A stretch of DNA of 64,000 bases from a bacterium (GTDB taxonomy: Bacteria > Hinthialibacterota > Hinthialibacteria > Hinthialibacterales > Hinthialibacteraceae): the NCBI GenBank assembly GCA_963662285.2, contig CAXXMV010000001.1, positions 544,001 through 608,000 of the forward strand, in the 5' to 3' direction. Below are positions 20,052 to 28,807 of this stretch, in pieces. A program made the position numbers and the translations under genes. The notes below the pieces were generated by a model. The model was not told the DNA's origin. It worked only from the letters and a program-made list of their open reading frames with translations, and searched no databases. Position 1 is the first letter of the stretch. Every line of letters starts with the position of its first letter.

Positions 20052-21505
20052 AAAATATATATAAAACCAATTGGCTGATCGGCGCCGTTATTCTCTCTTT
20101 AACGGCGGTCGCTCCACTCTGGGCTGAGCAGGCGCCGCAACCGGCTTCCAGCGCCATTGCCTCCTCAACCGACGAGATACTCTTGAACTTTCGCGGCGTA
20201 CCACTCGACGCAGTGCTGGATTATCTTAGTAAGGCGGCTGGATTCATCATTGTTAAAGAGGCAAATGTAGATGGTCGCGTCGATGTCTGGAGCCACCAGC
20301 CTCTAACCAAGGATGAAGCGGTTGAACTGCTTAACACCGTCTTGCACGAAAAAGGATTCTCGGCTGTACGCAATGACCGGACATTGACCATTGTTAGCCG
20401 TGACGAAGCCCATAAGAGGGATATTCCAGTAAAGACAGGCGCAAACCCTGAACTTATACCCAGGACGGATCAAATGGTTACCCAGATCATCCCGGTGCGT
20501 TATGCCGACGCCGCGCAATTGGTCGAGAATATCCAGCCGCTTATTCCTTCCTACGCCACGCTGACCTTTAACGAAAGCAGTAACGCCCTTGTTTTGACCG
20601 ATACGCAGAAAAATATTCATCGTATGGTCGAAATTATAAAGGCGCTGGATACTTCCATATCCAATATCTCTTCCGTAAGAGTGTTTCAAGTTCAGTTTGC
20701 AGACGCCACAGAACTGGTGACCGTCATTAACCAATTATTCCAGGCTGATGCTACTGCAACCGGCGGTAGAAACAACAACATGCCGCCTTTTATGAGAATG
20801 ATGGGCGGCGGTCGGGGTGGAGATCGGGGAGGCCGGGGCGGACAAAGCGGGAACGAAGAAACCAGCGAAGCCAAAAAAGCGGCGGTTCGCGTCGTCGCTG
20901 TTGCGGATGAACGCACCAATTCACTTGTTGTTACTGCTCCAGAAGAAATGATGGAAACCATTGCAATGCTCATTATGCAAATCGATACCACCATTGATGA
21001 CATCACTGAAATCCGCGTTTTTATTTTGAAATATGCCGATGCAACCGAAATGGCCGAACTCATAACCGAATTGTTCCCTGATGATTCTACGTCGCAGAAT
21101 CAATTCGCTCCCCAGTTTGGCAGAGGGGGAATGCGGGGAATGATGGGTGGCGGCCGTGGTGGTAGATCTAATACTCAGCAAACCGGAAGTGAGCGGCAAT
21201 TAAAGCAAACTACGGTGCAGGTTGTTGCCGATCCCCGCACTGATTCTGTGATTGTCAGCGCGGCCAGCGAAACCATGTATCAGATCGAGCAGATGATCAC
21301 TCAATTAGATAAAAATCCGGCTAAAAGACAGAAAGTCTTCATATACAAACTCGAATACGCCGACGTTGAAAACGTCTCCGAGATATTACGTAGCATCTTT
21401 GAAGAACAATCAACCAGTAGAAACTCTAATACCCAGAACACTAACACTCTTAGCAATCGAACAGTTAACACTGGAACCACTAACCAGGGACAGGGACGTA
21501 ATTAA
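20048..21505 (+). CDS. Secretin N-terminal (N0 + N-repeat) protein lacking the secretin barrel
   Basis: LNFRGVPLDAVLDYLS (N0), repeated YADA..L...DxRTNSL N-domains, ends without a secretin domain. Confidence 0.8.
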   Translation: MKNIYKTNWLIGAVILSLTAVAPLWAEQAPQPASSAIASSTDEILLNFRGVPLDAVLDYLSKAAGFIIVKEANVDGRVDVWSHQPLTKDEAVELLNTVLHEKGFSAVRNDRTLTIVSRDEAHKRDIPVKTGANPELIPRTDQMVTQIIPVRYADAAQLVENIQPLIPSYATLTFNESSNALVLTDTQKNIHRMVEIIKALDTSISNISSVRVFQVQFADATELVTVINQLFQADATATGGRNNNMPPFMRMMGGGRGGDRGGRGGQSGNEETSEAKKAAVRVVAVADERTNSLVVTAPEEMMETIAMLIMQIDTTIDDITEIRVFILKYADATEMAELITELFPDDSTSQNQFAPQFGRGGMRGMMGGGRGGRSNTQQTGSERQLKQTTVQVVADPRTDSVIVSAASETMYQIEQMITQLDKNPAKRQKVFIYKLEYADVENVSEILRSIFEEQSTSRNSNTQNTNTLSNRTVNTGTTNQGQGRN

Positions 21506-21528
21506 ACGGAAAAATCGAGGTGATCGTC

Positions 21529-22764
21529 ATGAAAAAATATTACATGAAAAAATATACCTGTGTTTATCTTAAACTCTTATTGTTAATCTGCATCTTGTCT
21601 TATCTTCCCGCCGAGTGCCTCGCTCAAATGCGCGGCGGCGGTGGAGGTATGGGGAACAGAGGAACCACTAGTGGATCAAGCAGCATGTATCAACGCTACT
21701 ACCAGACCAATGGCATGATCGGCGAAGCCATTATTGAAGCCGATTATGATTCCCGCTCCATCATCGTTATAACTGATGAAGACACCAACGAATATATCGG
21801 CGAGATCATCAAAAACCTGGATCGTCCCGTTCCTCAGGTCTTGATCAAGGTGGTCTTTCTTGAGGTCACCTACCGGGATGATTCCGATTTCGGCATCGAA
21901 GCCGCTTTTGATCTCAACAATAATCCCCAGGATTCCAATCTCTTCCAAACAGCTTTTGGATTGGCGGCGGAATCAAGAGGCGGGTTTTATCAACTTCTGG
22001 AAGATGACCTTAACATAACCATGCGCGCCATTGCTGAAGTCGGCAAAACCGAAATCCTGTCACGACCATCTATCCTGACCCGCAACAATCAGGAAGCCCT
22101 TATAACAGTTGGTAAAGAAGTTCCTTTCATCAACAGCAGCAGGATTACCCAGGATGGACAGACCATCAATACCGTATTGTATGAAGATATTGGAATCATT
22201 CTTAAAGTGACTCCTTTTATTACTCAGGACGGCTTGGTCGAGATGATGCTCTCTCCGGAAATATCAACTATCACCGATGAAACAGTTCCCATCTCTGATA
22301 CCGTCAACTCGCCGGTCTTCGCCAAACGCGCCGCCGATACGGTAGTGGTTACCCCAAACGGTAAAACCGTTGTAATTGGCGGCATGATGGAAGATAATAT
22401 CATCGAGACCACCACCAAGGTTCCTTTTCTTGGTGATATACCTCTATTAGGCATGGCTTTTAAACGAAACGTCAAAAAGAAAAGCAAGACTGAACTGCTT
22501 ATCTTTCTGACTCCTTATGTAGTTGAGGGGCCAGCGGAACTTATTGAAAGATCGAAAATCGAACATAGTCAATCCGAATTGGCGCCGAAAGCTTTTACCG
22601 AAGGTCAGTTAGAAAAGTATCTGGGCGAACTGCAAAGTTCCAGCGTTGCTGAACCTGTACTGGACGATGCAGTAAAACAAAACGTCCAACCAGCTAAAAT
22701 AAAAACTATAGAAGAGAAAAAGACTAAACGCGCCCGAAACAGCAAGGGACAGCCCATTAAATAA
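21529..22764 (+). CDS. gspD: Type II secretion secretin (N3 + secretin barrel)
   Basis: LDRPVPQVLIKV, LSRPSILTRNNQEA, VVIGGM, KVPFLGDIPLLG.AF, ELLIFLTPYVV. Own signal peptide; GAGGTG RBS before ATG 21529. Confidence 0.85.
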   Translation: MKKYYMKKYTCVYLKLLLLICILSYLPAECLAQMRGGGGGMGNRGTTSGSSSMYQRYYQTNGMIGEAIIEADYDSRSIIVITDEDTNEYIGEIIKNLDRPVPQVLIKVVFLEVTYRDDSDFGIEAAFDLNNNPQDSNLFQTAFGLAAESRGGFYQLLEDDLNITMRAIAEVGKTEILSRPSILTRNNQEALITVGKEVPFINSSRITQDGQTINTVLYEDIGIILKVTPFITQDGLVEMMLSPEISTITDETVPISDTVNSPVFAKRAADTVVVTPNGKTVVIGGMMEDNIIETTTKVPFLGDIPLLGMAFKRNVKKKSKTELLIFLTPYVVEGPAELIERSKIEHSQSELAPKAFTEGQLEKYLGELQSSSVAEPVLDDAVKQNVQPAKIKTIEEKKTKRARNSKGQPIK

Positions 22765-22800
22765 TAATTGATTTCTCAAAAATCAAAGACCAAAAACACT

Positions 22801-24594
22801 ATGTTACGAAAAAAGATTGTCCTCATATTTCTAGCGATTGTCTGGCTGGTTACTGTCGGATGGCAGATTCAAGAACATGAACGGTTCATGAATTCTTCGA
22901 GAGAAGGATTTCTTATCCGCGCCAGAGATATTTCCAATTCCCTGGCAACCGTGATTCGCGCTCAACGAAGATTTGGCGGAATTGTTAAAAAGTCCCGCTT
23001 GGAATCGGCGCTTAGCGATTTGGTAAAAATGGATGAACTGCTCTCCATCGCGCTGCTCAATGCCAATGGCGAAGTCGTCGCCTCCGCTGGCCGGGAGATG
23101 AATCTTGATATTAATTCTTTACCCGAAAAAGGCGAACGCTGGAATCCACAGGAAAAATCAGTTACCTATGTAAACTTAGTCGATTTAGGCGTAGATCAGG
23201 ATAAACCAGAGGGAGATTCTTCCCCCACCATTATCCTGCCTATCCCGGATATGAAACCGGGTGATATGCCTCCACGTCCACCTGATTGGTTGATTGATAG
23301 AATATCTTCCGCCTCTCCGGCTCTCTCCGCTACTCAAGTTAAGATGTTCATGGATCGTGCTGACGGGCCGCCTCATAGAGATTCGCCTCCACTACCGGAG
23401 TGGCTCAGTGAGTTGATTTCTGCTGCTACCTCTCCCTTCTCTGCTACGGATGTAGAGCAATTCATTATCCACCGCAATCCTGATCGGAGTGATGATATCT
23501 CTTCCGCTTCTATTCCCATATCCGCCTCTGGTTCCAGGCAATATTTTGGACGCGGAGGTGATGATTTTGGTCGCGGGGGCGGTGATTTTGGTCGCGGGGG
23601 TGATGATTTTAGACGCGGGGGCGGTGATTTTGGTCGCGGGGGCGGTGATGATGATAGATTCAGGTCGCGTCGTGACAGAGGGCCTCGATCCATACGTCCA
23701 TTCTGGATGGATGAAGAAACCTATAAATCAATTCTTGAAAAACAAGGATTTCATGGTTTTGTCTTGGAATTATCAACCCGCTCTTTTAATGACGCTCGTG
23801 ATAAAGATCTCTGGCTGAGGTTATCCATAGTTGGTTTCGCTCTTATCGCCATGTTGGGATTAGGATTCGCATGGCGAAACCTGATAAAATCTTCCGCCCT
23901 GCAACTACGCCTGGTTAGAACCAGCGAGATGAACGCCCATCTGCGCGAGATGAATATCGCCGCCGCCGGTTTGGCGCACGAAACACGTAATCCTCTCAAT
24001 ATCGTCCGTGGTTTAGCCCAGCTGATCGCCAAGCAAACCGATGATAATAACGACATTCACAAACAGGCGATCAACATCACTGAAGAAGTTGACAGGGTTA
24101 CCGTCCAATTGAACGATTTTATCGATTATTCCAAACCCTGCGAAGCCAAACCGATCCTTATTTCCTTCAATTCTATCGCCAAAGATGTTGAACGCGCTCT
24201 TAAAAGTGATTTAGAAGATAAAAATATTTCCCTTAAAATAACAGGACCTGAATTGATCATTGAGGCGGACGAAACCCTGCTGCGGCAATTAATATTCAAC
24301 CTGTTGCTCAACGCCATCCAGGCCGTAGACCATAATGGAACCATAAACATCACCGAAGGCATCGATTCAACGGGTTATGCGTTCTTCGCCGTGCAGGATA
24401 ATGGCTGTGGAGTTCCTCAGGAGGATTGCGATAAAATCTTTCGTCCCTACTATACTTCTAAAGTAAAAGGCGCCGGACTTGGTTTAGCTGTGGTTAACCA
24501 GATTGTGCTGGCTCATGGCTGGGAAATTGAATGCCTTCCAGTGGAAGGCAAGGGCGTACGTTTTCGCGTCGGAAATATAACTAAATCTGCTTAG
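22801..24594 (+). CDS. Two-component sensor histidine kinase (NtrB/ZraS-like)
   Basis: Two TMs, AGLAHETRNPL H-box, NLLLNAIQA, DNGCG, GAGLGL. ORF-track start is 22768. Confidence 0.9.
   Translation: MLRKKIVLIFLAIVWLVTVGWQIQEHERFMNSSREGFLIRARDISNSLATVIRAQRRFGGIVKKSRLESALSDLVKMDELLSIALLNANGEVVASAGREMNLDINSLPEKGERWNPQEKSVTYVNLVDLGVDQDKPEGDSSPTIILPIPDMKPGDMPPRPPDWLIDRISSASPALSATQVKMFMDRADGPPHRDSPPLPEWLSELISAATSPFSATDVEQFIIHRNPDRSDDISSASIPISASGSRQYFGRGGDDFGRGGGDFGRGGDDFRRGGGDFGRGGGDDDRFRSRRDRGPRSIRPFWMDEETYKSILEKQGFHGFVLELSTRSFNDARDKDLWLRLSIVGFALIAMLGLGFAWRNLIKSSALQLRLVRTSEMNAHLREMNIAAAGLAHETRNPLNIVRGLAQLIAKQTDDNNDIHKQAINITEEVDRVTVQLNDFIDYSKPCEAKPILISFNSIAKDVERALKSDLEDKNISLKITGPELIIEADETLLRQLIFNLLLNAIQAVDHNGTINITEGIDSTGYAFFAVQDNGCGVPQEDCDKIFRPYYTSKVKGAGLGLAVVNQIVLAHGWEIECLPVEGKGVRFRVGNITKSA
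23545..23649 (+). repeat. Coding tandem repeat, 5 x 21 nt (FGRGG[G/D]D)
   Basis: TTTGGTCGCGGGGGCGGTGAT-like units inside the kinase extracytoplasmic region. Confidence 0.85.
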
Positions 24595-24604
24595 GTTTTA
24601 TGAT

Positions 24605-25984
24605 ATGACCATAAATGATGTAGCAATAAAGCGAACCAAGGTTCGGGTATTAATAGTCGATGACGATCCTGGTCAACGAAGTTTGCTCGAATCATTTCTT
24701 TCCAGCCAGGGTTTTCAAATCATCCTGGCTTCTTCTGGGGAGATGGCGCTCGAATTGCTCGCTTCAGATGAAATTGATATTATGATTTCCGATGTACGCA
24801 TGCCGGGCATCTCCGGCTTGGAGGTTATGCAGCAAGCGCGCTCGATATATCCAACTCTTCCAATTCTGCTGGTAACCGCATACGCCGACATACGTGATGC
24901 GGTTACCGTTATGCGTGATGGAGCGGTTAATTATCTCGAAAAACCAATCGACCTCGATGAACTGCTCGCTTCAGTGGATAAATCCGTAGGCATTCAAGGA
25001 AAAACCAAAATAATCTTCCCTGATGAACTGGTTTTGCCCGATTACGTGATAGCTGAAAGCCTCGCTATGAGAAATGTTTTTCGCGAAGCCGCTCTGGTGG
25101 CGCCCTCCGAAAGCCGGATTCTTATTACCGGCGAAAGCGGAGTCGGCAAAGAGGTTCTAGCTGATGTGATCCACGCCTGGAGTACGCGCTCCACTAAACC
25201 TTTGATTAAAGTTAATTGCGCCGCTATTCCAGAAAATCTTCTTGAAAGTGAATTATTCGGACACGAAAAAGGTTCTTTTACCGGCGCTTCCTCTCAACGT
25301 ATAGGCCGCTTTGAAGAAGCTGGCGACGGATCGATTCTGCTTGATGAGATTGCCGAAATGTCCCCTGCTCTACAGGCCAAACTGCTTCGCATTACTCAGG
25401 AAGGGTCTTTCCAGCGTGTTGGATCAAATATAGATCGTCATACTAACGCCCGCATCCTCGCCGCCACAAACCGCAATCTTGAACAGGAAGTTGAAAAAGG
25501 CGCCTTTCGGGAAGACCTCTTCTTCCGGCTCAATGTAATGGAACTATATATCCCGCCATTGCGCGAACGCCGCGAGGATATTCTGCTGTTAGCTGCCATG
25601 TTCGCCGCCGAATTCGCCAAAGGCAAACCGCGCTTTTCCGCCTCGGTTTCGCGCTGTTTAATGGATTATCAATGGCCGGGAAATATTCGTGAACTGAGAA
25701 ATGCTATGGAACGCTCCGCTCTCATGGCGCGCGGCGAAGTTATTATTCCCGAACATCTTCCACGACGCATCCAACAATCCTTAAACCATGATGTTTCCCA
25801 ACTGAATGGTTCTTCACAGGGAAAACGCATGGAAGAGATCGAGCGGGACGCCATTCTGGAATCTCTACGCGAAAATAATTTCAACCGCACCGAAACAGCC
25901 CGAATGCTTGGCATCAGCCGTCGGGCGCTAACCTATAAACTCCAAAATTATTCCCGCCAGGGATACGCCATCGATCCCGAATAA
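24605..25984 (+). CDS. sigma54-dependent response regulator (NtrC/ZraR family)
   Basis: REC domain (VDDD, DVRMP, KP), GESGVGKE, ESELFGHEKGSFTGA, WPGNIREL, Fis HTH. Confidence 0.93.
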   Translation: MTINDVAIKRTKVRVLIVDDDPGQRSLLESFLSSQGFQIILASSGEMALELLASDEIDIMISDVRMPGISGLEVMQQARSIYPTLPILLVTAYADIRDAVTVMRDGAVNYLEKPIDLDELLASVDKSVGIQGKTKIIFPDELVLPDYVIAESLAMRNVFREAALVAPSESRILITGESGVGKEVLADVIHAWSTRSTKPLIKVNCAAIPENLLESELFGHEKGSFTGASSQRIGRFEEAGDGSILLDEIAEMSPALQAKLLRITQEGSFQRVGSNIDRHTNARILAATNRNLEQEVEKGAFREDLFFRLNVMELYIPPLRERREDILLLAAMFAAEFAKGKPRFSASVSRCLMDYQWPGNIRELRNAMERSALMARGEVIIPEHLPRRIQQSLNHDVSQLNGSSQGKRMEEIERDAILESLRENNFNRTETARMLGISRRALTYKLQNYSRQGYAIDPE

Positions 25985-26063
25985 TTTCTCCTGCATCATA
26001 GATAAATTGGGTTGGAATAATTCTCTGGATTTCACCCTTTTTTATCGCATTTGCTCTGCTCTA

Positions 26064-27542
26064 TTACTCTGTTCGCTTGCGATAATCATTTAGCATTACG
26101 CCAATGAGTACAAACGCCATTGGCTCAGTCAAGAAGCGGTAACGCTGATTCTCCCCGAATTCCATCGCATTACAGACAAGAGTTATATAGGTCATATTCA
26201 ATATGATAAACAGGATAACCGCATATTTGGCTGAATTCCGCTCATTACTACATTTAATAAGATATGAAATGCTATACCAGAAAATCAAACAATAAGCGGC
26301 GAAAATAAAAATCCCGCAATGTAATAACATTTTAAAACCATGAATAATTATTGATTTTGTATAATTGAAATCCATAGGATCAAATCGCTCAAGGAATTGT
26401 CCATATACAATAATATTATAAATCCGGTCATAAAAATTAATTTTCATCCTGTTGGCATGTATGAATATGTAATAATTGGATGGCAGGAAATAATTATAAA
26501 AACCATAAGATACGATCTTCATATATTCCAACGGATATTCTTTGATAATGGCGATAGAATCGTCACAATATTTTTCCGATAATGATACATAAGCTAAATG
26601 ATTCAAGTTTGGCTTTCTGCTGGATTTGTATTCCTGATCGAGGATTGGGATCCCCGCTCTCGGAATACTTTTTAAGAAAGTCTGATATTCTTCTAATTCA
26701 CCAAAAGGCCGTAAGGCAACTATACCTGTGATTTTATTCTGTTGGATCAACACATCCATCTCTTGCTGGGTTATTATCTCACGGGCGATTTTAGATATAT
26801 GCATCCCTAAAGCGGAACTGGCTGAAAAACATCCAAATTGTAAATAATTCTTGAGATATAAAGTAAGCAAAACGATAAAAGGCAGAAGGGCAATCAGCAG
26901 AATTTGTTTAACTTTATGCTTCAGTAAACAGATCATAAGCGCCGCAACCGTCAAAAAGAGAACCAAGTGAAATACGCTGCGGGTCAATGCAATAAACGCT
27001 AAACATGCAAAAAACATAAAACCATAAAAGGCATTTTTTTGTTCTATATAGACATGAAGAAATAGAACAGAAAGTAAGAGCAATACCACTATGGGATAAG
27101 TGTAAAAAAGCCAGTTTTCATATAGCAGACAGGGAGGACTAACTACGCACAAAATGACTGTCCGGGCGCTTATACGGGTAGAGACGCCCATTTTCGTCAT
27201 AAGGTAAAATAGGGAATTGGTTAATATCAAACCCAAGGCGATGTAAATAATGTGAAATACAAAAGCATAATGTTGCGGAAAAATTTTCAATATCAGCCCG
27301 ATGAATAAATTGAAAAGAGGCGGTTGATTATGCAGGTAATAAATACTTTCAAACAATCTTTCTCTTAAAAGGAGTGGATCAACGATTTGATCCAAACCAT
27401 ACAAACGGGAAACATCAAAACGGACTCCAGCAATATAAAAAATAATCCGGGAAAATAAATAAATGCAATTAATATAAATTCCGGGGCTGATCGCTATTTC
27501 ACGCCTAAGTCCAAATGTTTTCATCACATTTGCTCGCCGCAA
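26064..27542 (-). CDS. Multi-pass membrane protein, probable GT-C (ArnT/PMT-like) glycosyltransferase
   Basis: YLHNQPPLFN motif, many TM segments, ENQRYRF C-terminal loop; AT-rich; start uncertain. Confidence 0.65.
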   Translation of the reverse strand: MRRANVMKTFGLRREIAISPGIYINCIYLFSRIIFYIAGVRFDVSRLYGLDQIVDPLLLRERLFESIYYLHNQPPLFNLFIGLILKIFPQHYAFVFHIIYIALGLILTNSLFYLMTKMGVSTRISARTVILCVVSPPCLLYENWLFYTYPIVVLLLLSVLFLHVYIEQKNAFYGFMFFACLAFIALTRSVFHLVLFLTVAALMICLLKHKVKQILLIALLPFIVLLTLYLKNYLQFGCFSASSALGMHISKIAREIITQQEMDVLIQQNKITGIVALRPFGELEEYQTFLKSIPRAGIPILDQEYKSSRKPNLNHLAYVSLSEKYCDDSIAIIKEYPLEYMKIVSYGFYNYFLPSNYYIFIHANRMKINFYDRIYNIIVYGQFLERFDPMDFNYTKSIIIHGFKMLLHCGIFIFAAYCLIFWYSISYLIKCSNERNSAKYAVILFIILNMTYITLVCNAMEFGENQRYRFLTEPMAFVLIGVMLNDYRKRTE

Positions 27543-27726
27543 ATCTTGCCGGTTCCTGACAAGAATCAGTAGATTGAAAAGTTAGAAAAACACACGCTAT
27601 ATCGGGTTTTCTCAGGTTGCGCACTACTGAAGAAACACGATAGAATAATCAAGTATGGACGAAATCATAACATGAAATAATTAGCCATTCAACATTATCA
27701 TGATAAATCTTATCAGCCGGGTAAAC

Positions 27727-27766
27727 AGCAAAGAGACCTGAGAAATATTTCTCAGGTCTCTTTGCT
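27727..27766. terminator. Perfect 40-bp palindrome, possible terminator or cruciform
   Basis: AGCAAAGAGACCTGAGAAAT|ATTTCTCAGGTCTCTTTGCT downstream of 28167-27856. Confidence 0.5.
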
Positions 27767-27855
27767 CGTTTGAGCCATAGGCCTCGCAAATAATTTAATC
27801 TTAAAACCGTCCAATTCGGTTGACGTTACAGAAAAAGCAGCCAATTACAACTACT

Positions 27856-28167
27856 TTAGAGAACTTGTTCATCTGCTTTATTTTCAATGATGTTGTAGAT
27901 TCTTAACCTGCATTTGGGGCACAAGTCTATTTCGAACTGGTAGTAAACCTCATCATTGAGGTCTTTTTCGCTTCTCTTTTCCATCTCTTCAATAAGACGT
28001 TTCATTTCTTCGGCGAACGATTTCTGTGGAATATCAATAGTTTCGTCGAATTTTTCCCCGTCGTATGCGCAAAATAACTGTCCCTTGAAGATGAAGCGGG
28101 GGCGCCCCACCTCGATCAACTGCCCGCATAAATCGCATATGAACTTGATTCCCTTTTCGCTAGCCAT
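27856..28167 (-). CDS. Small hypothetical protein with two CxxC motifs (zinc-binding)
   Basis: CDLC ... DLCPKC. Confidence 0.65.
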   Translation of the reverse strand: MASEKGIKFICDLCGQLIEVGRPRFIFKGQLFCAYDGEKFDETIDIPQKSFAEEMKRLIEEMEKRSEKDLNDEVYYQFEIDLCPKCRLRIYNIIENKADEQVL

Positions 28168-28213
28168 AGTATTACAGTAACCAAAGATATGATTTCCGGC
28201 AAGCGAGGGTGAT

Positions 28214-28750
28214 ATGAAAATTAATAGCGAGGCTTTTTATTGCTCTTTCCAGAGCATTGCCGGACTAATCGGATTAGGTTTCAATACATCAGCGATTATT
28301 TGTCTGCACATAGGAAAATCACCAATAACATGCATTAAACAGACATTATTGCAACTTGGATATAAACTTAGTAATGGTTCTAATCCTATGCGTGATGATA
28401 TAGTTGGCGAAATAGAAGAATATTTTGATGGGACAAGAAAGAAATTTACTTTTAAGCCGATTTTCCATGGAACAGAGTTTCAGATTAAGGTGTGGAAAAA
28501 ACTTTGCGAGGTTCCCTATGGGAAAGTGGTCGCTTATGGAGAATTGGCGGCTATGGCGGGGCGCCCTAAAGCGGCGCGGGCGGTTGGAATGATAATGGGG
28601 CAAAACCGCATTCCCATCATTGCCCCATGCCACCGGGTGATAACCTCCGAAGGTCGACTGGGAGGCTTTGGCTGTGGTATAGAGGTCAAGAAGAAACTAC
28701 TGGCGCTGGAAGGCGTTGTGATTGACAAGAATGACAGAATATCATTTTAG
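28214..28750 (+). CDS. ogt: Methylated-DNA--protein-cysteine methyltransferase
   Basis: GTEFQIKVW, VPYG, YGELA, ARAVG, PCHRV active site. Confidence 0.92.
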   Translation: MKINSEAFYCSFQSIAGLIGLGFNTSAIICLHIGKSPITCIKQTLLQLGYKLSNGSNPMRDDIVGEIEEYFDGTRKKFTFKPIFHGTEFQIKVWKKLCEVPYGKVVAYGELAAMAGRPKAARAVGMIMGQNRIPIIAPCHRVITSEGRLGGFGCGIEVKKKLLALEGVVIDKNDRISF

Positions 28751-28807
28751 AATTAAAGTACTCTGATGGACGCCCGACATACCAATGATCATTCAGGAGA
28801 AAGAAAA

